In this document: positions 57,734-64,000 of the stretch, piece by piece
Layout: every line of letters begins with the position of its first letter
Position numbering within the stretch: position 1 is the first letter of the stretch
DNA from: a virus
Length of the DNA: 64,000 nucleotides
Virus record (IMG/VR): IMGVR_UViG_3300045836_000088
Coordinates: 1 to 64,000 of that record
Strand: one strand, 5' to 3'
Position numbers and translations under genes: made by a program
Notes under the pieces: model-generated
What the model saw: only the letters and a program-made list of their open reading frames with translations
Databases searched by the model: none
What the model was told of the DNA's origin: nothing

Positions 57734-58005
57734 AAACCAAAGCAACATCCAATTTAAATTTCGTTCAGGACATGGAAGTAGAATTAACGCTTTCAGAAAA
57801 CAAAGCTAATCTAAAATTCAGCACTGGATTTGAGGCCGAATGTATCTTGTTTAATAGTGTTAATGGAATTGATATCTATACTTATCCTTCAAGGAATGGT
57901 GAAACACACTTCCTGCATGTTAGAAAAGTAGATAATGAGTTGTTCTGCCAAACAGTTCAGACCGGGACAAGTCCAGGCGGTAGCACTTTTAGATTTACTC
58001 TTTAA
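57730..58005 (+). CDS. hypothetical protein
   Basis: ATGA overlap. Confidence 0.6.
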   Translation: MKTKATSNLNFVQDMEVELTLSENKANLKFSTGFEAECILFNSVNGIDIYTYPSRNGETHFLHVRKVDNELFCQTVQTGTSPGGSTFRFTL

Positions 58006-58049
58006 TTACAATAACTGTAAATAGTCAGCAAACACAATAAAAATAAGCA

Positions 58050-58247
58050 ATGACAAAGCAAGAAGCTATCGAGGCTATGAGAGCCGGTAAAAAAGTAACT
58101 CATGAATGGTTTACACCCGATGAATGGATGACCATGCAAGGCGGCTTAATTCACTTAGAAGATGGTGTTAAATGTCCTCCTTCTGAATTTTGGAGATGGC
58201 GCACTGACAGTAGCTGGAATGATGGTTATTCACTATATAATAGTTAA
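58050..58247 (+). CDS. hypothetical protein
   Basis: EAIEAMRAGKKVTHEWF, common phage small-protein pattern. Confidence 0.7.
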   Translation: MTKQEAIEAMRAGKKVTHEWFTPDEWMTMQGGLIHLEDGVKCPPSEFWRWRTDSSWNDGYSLYNS

Positions 58248-58271
58248 ACACAATTAAAATAAATAGAAAAA

Positions 58272-58481
58272 ATGGGAACAAATATACTTCGCATAAATCC
58301 TGCTTATCAGGTTAAGCGTACTGTAATGTTTAACGGGACTTCACCAATAGGTAAACCCGTTCAATTAATCAGGGAATCATCAGAAAGGGGTATTTTTTAT
58401 GAAATTATGGTAGATGGCAAATTAAAGGCCGGAGCCACTAATATTAATGATGCTTCTGATTTACTTAAAAAGAGGATTTAA
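58272..58481 (+). CDS. hypothetical protein
   Basis: Early gene array. Confidence 0.6.
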   Translation: MGTNILRINPAYQVKRTVMFNGTSPIGKPVQLIRESSERGIFYEIMVDGKLKAGATNINDASDLLKKRI

Positions 58482-58484
58482 AGT

Positions 58485-58697
58485 ATGGCAATAGAGAACA
58501 AGTGGCACGATTCGCCGGAGCTATTAGATAAAATGGACATCGATAGAACTATTGTTTTGTTTGATAATGGTGAAATCAGGCGTTATAACGAAGAATTCCC
58601 ATTTTCTCAGGCAATAGCATTCTTTGAGTTGCCAGAATATAAGCCTGATGATATTAACCCTAATTCATTCGAGGCTCAAGGTTATCCACCTTATTAA
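58485..58697 (+). CDS. hypothetical protein
   Basis: Early gene array. Confidence 0.6.
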   Translation: MAIENKWHDSPELLDKMDIDRTIVLFDNGEIRRYNEEFPFSQAIAFFELPEYKPDDINPNSFEAQGYPPY

Positions 58698-58916
58698 TCC
58701 CCCTAACCGTAAATAGTTTAGTTTGTTTTAACCCCCAATAAACTAAAACAATATGGCAAGCATTTACAATTCGTGGATTTCAACAATTCACTACCGAATA
58801 ACAAGTGGTTATACATCACTCTATTATTTATCTTATTATAAGTGTTGGAAGGCAGAAACAGTAACCAGTCTTTAACTAAAAATAATTAACCCTATTAACC
58901 AATAAATAGTAAAATA

Positions 58917-59492
58917 ATGAAAATAGAAAACGAGGTTTTTGATAATGTATCGTTTAATGATAGTCAGCTAGTAAAACCAGCTATTTTGGACTGGATATGT
59001 AACAAATTTAATCTTCCTAAATATAACCACTCATTCCGCGATCAATGGATTTATATAGGCATATGGGATAATATACTGTCAGTAAGTCTTGATAAAAGAG
59101 ACGAAAGTCAGGCGCAGCTACTTGAATTAGTACCAAGGGAATATATTGGATGCGATCAGGTTAACACCGGTAAGCGAGTAAACTTGGACAGTCTGTATTT
59201 TCATATCGATAAAGAGTTTGAAATCGAATACCCAGAAATTATAAAAATCACGCTATATCAAAAACATAAGAAAAGGGATGATGACGGCGATATTTTTTAT
59301 ACATATACCCACTTAATTCATTTGAGCGACGGAAGTAAATTACAGCACTATGGATATGAGGGAACGCCAGACCTTAAACTCAATGAAAGTTGGTCTTTAT
59401 TGAAAAATAAGATACAATTTAGACATATATATAAATTACTTCATTTATTCAACAATTTAACCCCCAATAGCCAAATACTTCATTTAAATTAA
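58917..59492 (+). CDS. hypothetical protein
   Basis: 191 aa ORF. Confidence 0.7.
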   Translation: MKIENEVFDNVSFNDSQLVKPAILDWICNKFNLPKYNHSFRDQWIYIGIWDNILSVSLDKRDESQAQLLELVPREYIGCDQVNTGKRVNLDSLYFHIDKEFEIEYPEIIKITLYQKHKKRDDDGDIFYTYTHLIHLSDGSKLQHYGYEGTPDLKLNESWSLLKNKIQFRHIYKLLHLFNNLTPNSQILHLN

Positions 59493-59553
59493 ATATATAA
59501 CACTTAAACCAAAAATGGATAATAAATCATTAACGCCTGTAATCTAACAACCC

Positions 59554-59826
59554 ATGAAAATAAAAGACCTACCCGAACCAATAAAAAAACGCGCCCTTGA
59601 ATGCCAAAAAGAACAAGGTAATGAGCCTAATGAGGAATTGGAGTTAGCTAATGGCAGAAACCATGGTAATTTTTGGTGGGATGAAACAAAGGAGTGTAGT
59701 ATTTGGGATAAGGTAGATAATGGTAACTTTCACCCATTTTATAATTTTCACAATATGCCAATACTCACCCGTTCCCAAATTGCAGAAAAGTTTGGCATTA
59801 CAGGAGACTTTGAAATTATAGATTAA
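59554..59826 (+). CDS. hypothetical protein
   Basis: MKIKDLPEPIK...FWWDETKE...LTRSQIAEKFG. Confidence 0.7.
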   Translation: MKIKDLPEPIKKRALECQKEQGNEPNEELELANGRNHGNFWWDETKECSIWDKVDNGNFHPFYNFHNMPILTRSQIAEKFGITGDFEIID

Positions 59827-59917
59827 AAGACATTAGGGGCAAAGTTTAACTTAAAATATCTTAAAAAGATCTCCGGTTGAAAAGCCCCGCCGGAATTGTG
59901 ATTAAGGTTTAGGTTGG

Positions 59918-59954
59918 AAGCCGCAGCGTAGCGAGTACAAAGCGGCTTTTTTTT
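59918..59954 (+). terminator. intrinsic terminator
   Basis: AAGCCGC/GCGGCTT stem with T-tract. Confidence 0.65.
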
Positions 59955-59989
59955 ACATTTGCCTTATCCATTCGTTAAACTTACCAAAC

Positions 59990-60325
59990 ATGAAAGAACA
60001 TAAACGAAAAATAGGCAGACCTGAAGCACCGGACGAACTAAAAGCGAAGCCACGATCAAGCCCGCGCTTAACAGACGATGAAATGCTTATTCTTGAGCGC
60101 GAGTTTGGCAAAAATGCAACCATAAGCAAGGCTATTAAGTTCCTTATTAAACACCTTATCGATAAAAACCTTAAAATGACAGGTATAGTAGAAGCAAGTA
60201 AAGACGAGAAAACAGAATTAGCTATCACAGAAGCTGCCAGTCATTTAAAAGAGTTTATAAGGCTAAATAAGGAGTTTGGAGACATTGACGTTAAAGAGAT
60301 AGCCCAACAAGCCTTTAAGAAATAA
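59990..60325 (+). CDS. putative ribbon-helix-helix-type DNA-binding protein
   Basis: GRP...SPRLTDDE...TISKAIKFLI. Confidence 0.55.
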   Translation: MKEHKRKIGRPEAPDELKAKPRSSPRLTDDEMLILEREFGKNATISKAIKFLIKHLIDKNLKMTGIVEASKDEKTELAITEAASHLKEFIRLNKEFGDIDVKEIAQQAFKK

Positions 60326-60442
60326 TAATGGTTTATATCACCTTAAAATAGCTAGTACAACAATTCAGTATAAATAATATACTTCAATATATACTACTTA
60401 GGCCGTTAATAACAATTTAACGGCTTTTTTATTTTTATAACT

Positions 60443-60730
60443 ATGGCACAGACATACACAGAGCGACTCTTTAACATAGGATTAGAGGCCGGACAAAGCA
60501 TTATCCTTTTTATGAAAGGTAAAGATTACCACCGTTTAAATGAGTTCTTAGGAGAGCGTTATTTTAACGCCTTAGTAAGAATAAACGGGCAGGTAAAAGT
60601 ATTAATACCAACAGGCAAAGTGATTGAATTAGGCGATCTTAAAAGCCATTCACTTGCCGCTATTGCAGACTATTTAAATAACCCTCAAGATGGAAAATTT
60701 AAAGCAATCGGTCTTAATAGCTCACATTAA
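60443..60730 (+). CDS. hypothetical protein
   Basis: 95 aa ORF. Confidence 0.6.
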   Translation: MAQTYTERLFNIGLEAGQSIILFMKGKDYHRLNEFLGERYFNALVRINGQVKVLIPTGKVIELGDLKSHSLAAIADYLNNPQDGKFKAIGLNSSH

Positions 60731-61015
60731 AGAATATGAGCTAAACTTAATAGAATATCCTTCACCCGACCAATCCGACATTATACAGCAGTATTTAAAC
60801 CCTTATACTTTCCTGTCGGATAATTACAACCAAATTCTTGAACATTATGAAAAGCACCGGAATTAAAAGCCGCATTCGGATTTATTGGAACCTCGATTGC
60901 GTAATTTTTACTGACGTTTCAGATTTAACCATTGAAGCCCCTTATCATGTGGCTGTAACTTCTGAAAGAGTAAGGCGCATAACTAAACGTAATTCATACA
61001 ACCCTTAATTATAAC

Positions 61016-61240
61016 ATGAAAACCCAAATACAGGAAACAGACCTACAGAAGTTTGTAAGGCTCTACGATTCAGACCGTATAAAAGAGTTTGGCACCTTTA
61101 TAGAGTGCAGACCACAAAAGCTTGAAACAGGGCTGTCACAAGCTAAAAACATTATCCAGCAATTTAATTTAAACCTTACTGCCACCTGTAAAGGAGATAT
61201 GGCAAGACGAAAAGCTTTTGAAGTAACCGTAAAAGAATAA
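61016..61240 (+). CDS. hypothetical protein
   Basis: 74 aa ORF. Confidence 0.6.
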   Translation: MKTQIQETDLQKFVRLYDSDRIKEFGTFIECRPQKLETGLSQAKNIIQQFNLNLTATCKGDMARRKAFEVTVKE

Positions 61241-61272
61241 ATAAACATTAACCGCTAAAAACCAAAACCACC

Positions 61273-61368
61273 ATGAAACAAGCATTTATTAAAGCATCAA
61301 CCTTTATCAAGGTTTGCATTATTGCCGAATTTGCTACTATAGTCTACATGTTAGCAAACGCTATTTAA
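61273..61368 (+). CDS. small hydrophobic peptide (31 aa)
   Basis: MKQAFIKASTFIKVCIIAEFATIVYMLANAI; leader has AACCGCTAAAAACC. Confidence 0.45.
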   Translation: MKQAFIKASTFIKVCIIAEFATIVYMLANAI

Positions 61369-61426
61369 TAGCTTCTCATCGCTTAAAACCACCTCTTTAT
61401 TAACCTTAATTTTAAATCAATCCGCT

Positions 61427-61615
61427 ATGGATATGGATATGCTATTTCTATTTGCCAGCCTCAAGGAGCAAGCAAATTTAGTACATCAAGGAGTAGACAG
61501 CGAACAAGCAACAAACATGCTATTCCTGAGTAATGAAGAAACATACATGAATGAAGTTCAACTACCTCAACTAGCCGAAGAACTGGAAGAAAGGAGACGT
61601 TATGAGGGTGTATAA
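61427..61615 (+). CDS. hypothetical protein
   Basis: 62 aa ORF. Confidence 0.55.
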   Translation: MDMDMLFLFASLKEQANLVHQGVDSEQATNMLFLSNEETYMNEVQLPQLAEELEERRRYEGV

Positions 61616-61832
61616 CAAGGTAGAAAAGCAAGCCTTTCAGCAAAGGCACTTGACTATTAATAATGAAAAGCCATTATCAAATGGGGTTTGGGTACTTAAA
61701 TACTGTGGCCGCCCCGTTTATGAACATAGTTACTTTCACTTCTGCAAAAGTGAAAAGAATAGGCTAATCAAATCAGGATATAAAGAAAGTGCCTTTACTT
61801 ATAGTAAAAGACAAATCAATAAAACTAATTAA
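61602..61832 (+). CDS. hypothetical protein
   Basis: 76 aa ORF. Confidence 0.55.
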   Translation: MRVYNKVEKQAFQQRHLTINNEKPLSNGVWVLKYCGRPVYEHSYFHFCKSEKNRLIKSGYKESAFTYSKRQINKTN

Positions 61833-61853
61833 CCATCAAATAACCAATCCACA

Positions 61854-62441
61854 ATGGAAAAGTCAGAAAGCATAAAAAATATAGGCATAGCCTTAATCAA
61901 GTTTAAAAAGCTTGTTGGGAAAATACCAAAGTCAAGTAAGAACCCTTTTTATAAATCAGAATATGCCGAACTACCGGACATTCTTGATGCAGTTGACCCT
62001 CATTTAATAGAATGCGGATTAGCATTAACACAGTGGCCGGCCGGAGAACATGAGCTTACAACCCTCCTTATTCATGAGAGCGGTGAATATATCATGGAAA
62101 CGTATAAAATGACACCTGCAAAGAATGATCCACAGGGAATAGGTTCATGTATCACTTATCAAAGAAGATACGCCGTAGGGGCTGTATTAAGCTTAAACAT
62201 TGATAAAGATGATGATGGCAACAGCGCAAGCGGTAAAAACGAACCAAACGAAGGTAAAACTACTCCACCGCAAAACGTAAAAAAGTTGCCTGACTTATTA
62301 CCGAACACTCCGCAATGGACTAACGCAGTTAAATATCTAAATAATGGAAGCGCAACAATAGAGCAGATTAAAGCCAGTTGCACACTTTCACCTGAAAACG
62401 AACAAGAACTTATTAAACAATCAAATTTACAAGCAGCATGA
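61854..62441 (+). CDS. ERF-family single-strand annealing protein
   Basis: KNPFYKSEYAEL, PQGIGSCITYQRRY, DDDGN. Confidence 0.9.
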   Translation: MEKSESIKNIGIALIKFKKLVGKIPKSSKNPFYKSEYAELPDILDAVDPHLIECGLALTQWPAGEHELTTLLIHESGEYIMETYKMTPAKNDPQGIGSCITYQRRYAVGAVLSLNIDKDDDGNSASGKNEPNEGKTTPPQNVKKLPDLLPNTPQWTNAVKYLNNGSATIEQIKASCTLSPENEQELIKQSNLQAA

Positions 62442-62701
62442 TAATCGCAGATTTATGTTTATCGGATATACCCGAAAGCGCAAGAACAGTAGGTAAAAAT
62501 GGCAAGGTTTACGCAAAGGTCGTAATAGACACACGTAAAGAAGCTGACCAGTTTGGCAATACTCATACCGTGTATATGAACCAAACCAAAGAAGAAAGAG
62601 AAGCTAAAACACCAAAGGCTTACATTGGCAGTGCTAAAGAGATTGTATTTAACAATAACAATCAAAGTCAGCCAAAAGGAAGCGTTAATTTGGGGTTTTA
62701 G
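62438..62701 (+). CDS. putative small ssDNA-binding protein
   Basis: After ERF; GKNGKVY...DQFGNTH...YIG motif, F-terminated tail. Confidence 0.55.
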   Translation: MIIADLCLSDIPESARTVGKNGKVYAKVVIDTRKEADQFGNTHTVYMNQTKEEREAKTPKAYIGSAKEIVFNNNNQSQPKGSVNLGF

Positions 62702-62912
62702 TCTCCTTTACCCAATACGAGGGAGAACCCGAATACAAATACTTACTAAAGTACAATACTATGCCCCAATTAGGAGATTATGTATATCAGCCTGATTGGG
62801 GCTTTTTTACAGCAGTACAAAGGGTATTACATGTTAATCAATTACATACTAAATACCCCTTAATTACTGCTACTAATAACCCTTATTATCAATCAATCTT
62901 TAAAGAAGATTT

Positions 62913-63386
62913 ATGACACAGGAACTACAACAAGAAAAAGGATTGGTCATTACAGAGCAGTCCTTTTTAGCTTTAAATAAAGGCTCTATAAACGACTTAG
63001 GTATGTCTTTAGTAGACAAGTGCCGGAATGGTGAAGCAAGCCCTACAGAAGCCTTAATAATGGCTAAAAAGCTAACAGAATTAAGCGAGCTTATTAAAAA
63101 TAATGTTGCTGATATGGCAACTAATGAATTAAAGCTTGCTAACAAAGAAACAAGGCACATGTTAGGTTGCGAGATCCGCGAACAAACAGTAGGAACCCGT
63201 TACGACTTTTCAACCTGCCAAGACCTAATATGGAACAGGCTTAGTAAAGAGCTTAAAGAGCGTGAAGCAATCTTAAAAGCCCTTAGTAAGCCAATGGAAA
63301 TGGTTGATACAGATACAGCCGAAACATGGACAGCTTACCCCCCCGTTAAATCAGGCAAGCTAAGTTTAGTTATCACAGTTAAATAA
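62913..63386 (+). CDS. hypothetical protein (recombination cluster)
   Basis: 157 aa; GTRYDFSTCQD...LKEREAILK. Confidence 0.7.
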   Translation: MTQELQQEKGLVITEQSFLALNKGSINDLGMSLVDKCRNGEASPTEALIMAKKLTELSELIKNNVADMATNELKLANKETRHMLGCEIREQTVGTRYDFSTCQDLIWNRLSKELKEREAILKALSKPMEMVDTDTAETWTAYPPVKSGKLSLVITVK

Positions 63387-63423
63387 TTCTAATTAATACT
63401 CATTAAACACTTAAAAAAAAATC

Positions 63424-63720
63424 ATGAAACAAAAATTCTCAATTATTCGCACACACTCAGCAGGGGTTTGGTTTGGCAACATTAAAAAATTAGATGGCTC
63501 TATAGCTATTGTTACCAATGCTCGCCGCTTATGGTATTGGTCGGGTGCAGCTTCTTTAAGTCAATTAGCTGTTGAAGGTACTAAAAGGCCAAACGATTGT
63601 AAGTTTACCGTTACCATTACAGACGAAGATGGCGTTTACTTGCCACAGGTAATTGAAGTATTGCCATGCACCGAAGAAGCAGTTAATAACATTAAAGCCG
63701 TAAAAGAATGGAAGATCTGA
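63424..63720 (+). CDS. DUF6948-like small beta-barrel phage protein
   Basis: IIRTHSAGVWFG...ARRLWYWSGAASLSQLAVEG signature. Confidence 0.75.
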   Translation: MKQKFSIIRTHSAGVWFGNIKKLDGSIAIVTNARRLWYWSGAASLSQLAVEGTKRPNDCKFTVTITDEDGVYLPQVIEVLPCTEEAVNNIKAVKEWKI

Positions 63721-64000
63721 TAAAAAGTTTCCTCGAAATACAGCCGGATGGCTATGGCTCTGGCTCTGGCTATGGCTCTGGCTATGGCTCTGGCTCTGGC
63801 TATGGCTCTGGCTCTGGCTCTGGCTATGGCTCTGGCGATGGCGATGGCGATGGCTCTGGCGATGGCTCTGGCGATGGCTATGGCTATGGCGATGGCTCTG
63901 GCGATGGCTATGGCTCTGGCGATGGCTATGGCTATGGCGATGGCTCTGGCGATGGCTATGGCTCTGGCGATGGCTATGGCTATGGCTCTGGCTATGGCTA
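63708..64000 (+). CDS. Gly-X (G-Y/S/D) repeat protein, truncated by window end
   Basis: ATG 63708, MEDLIKSFLEIQPD then GYGSGSGYG...GDG; overlaps upstream stop. Confidence 0.8.
   Translation, partial: MEDLIKSFLEIQPDGYGSGSGYGSGYGSGSGYGSGSGSGYGSGDGDGDGSGDGSGDGYGYGDGSGDGYGSGDGYGYGDGSGDGYGSGDGYGYGSGYG
63747..64000 (+). repeat. 6-bp coding tandem repeat GGC-(TAT/TCT/GAT)
   Basis: About 42 units directly visible. Confidence 0.95.

Larger units (their letters stand above)
1..64000. mobile_element. Temperate Bacteroidota phage genome segment (podovirus/crAss-related virion module), non-integrated form
   Basis: Terminase, portal, capsid, lysin, integrase and repressor present; no host housekeeping genes; attP flanked by phage genes on both sides; TAnnTTTG promoters. 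Confidence 0.93.

Noticed and set aside
63747-64000. Possible CRISPR array or telomere-like repeat
   Set aside because: 6-bp in-frame coding repeat without spacers; no cas genes
1-64000. Stop-codon reassignment as in some crAss-like phages
   Set aside because: Long genes are intact in the standard code and TAG/TGA end well-packed genes; no suppressor tRNA seen

Overview
The whole window is DNA of a temperate Bacteroidota-infecting tailed phage. There are no host genes, attP is intact, and both ends lie inside the early (+ strand) region, so the genome is circularly permuted or truncated here. Host phylum is inferred from TAnnTTTG promoters and A-rich, SD-less start regions. Layout: early small genes (1-3.9 kb and 55-64 kb, + strand; ArdA, ERF, Gly-rich repeat protein); nucleotide/lysis/tail genes (4-12.7 kb, -); a lysogeny cassette (tyrosine integrase, attP with a tRNA 3' core, double-HTH S24 repressor, Cro-like genes; 12.9-16.3 kb) inserted inside the virion module; a podovirus/crAss-related morphogenesis block (ejection proteins, split muzzle, ring proteins, capsid, scaffold, portal, terminase; 16.3-41.9 kb, -); and a replication block (C5 methyltransferase with an overprinted ORF, primase-helicase, initiator, Xis-like gene; 42-53 kb, -). 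The most striking unexplained signals are regulatory: (1) a ~270-nt multi-pseudoknot leader RNA at 54.8-55.07 kb; (2) a ~115-nt candidate sRNA at 49.65-49.76 kb complementary, with G-U-compatible variation, to a motif in the leaders of at least six phage genes; (3) a 17-bp copy of an attP arm site over the promoter of the xis/replication operon; (4) a duplicated operator-promoter; (5) a phage-specific promoter class. All protein calls come from motif recognition by eye; no searches were run.
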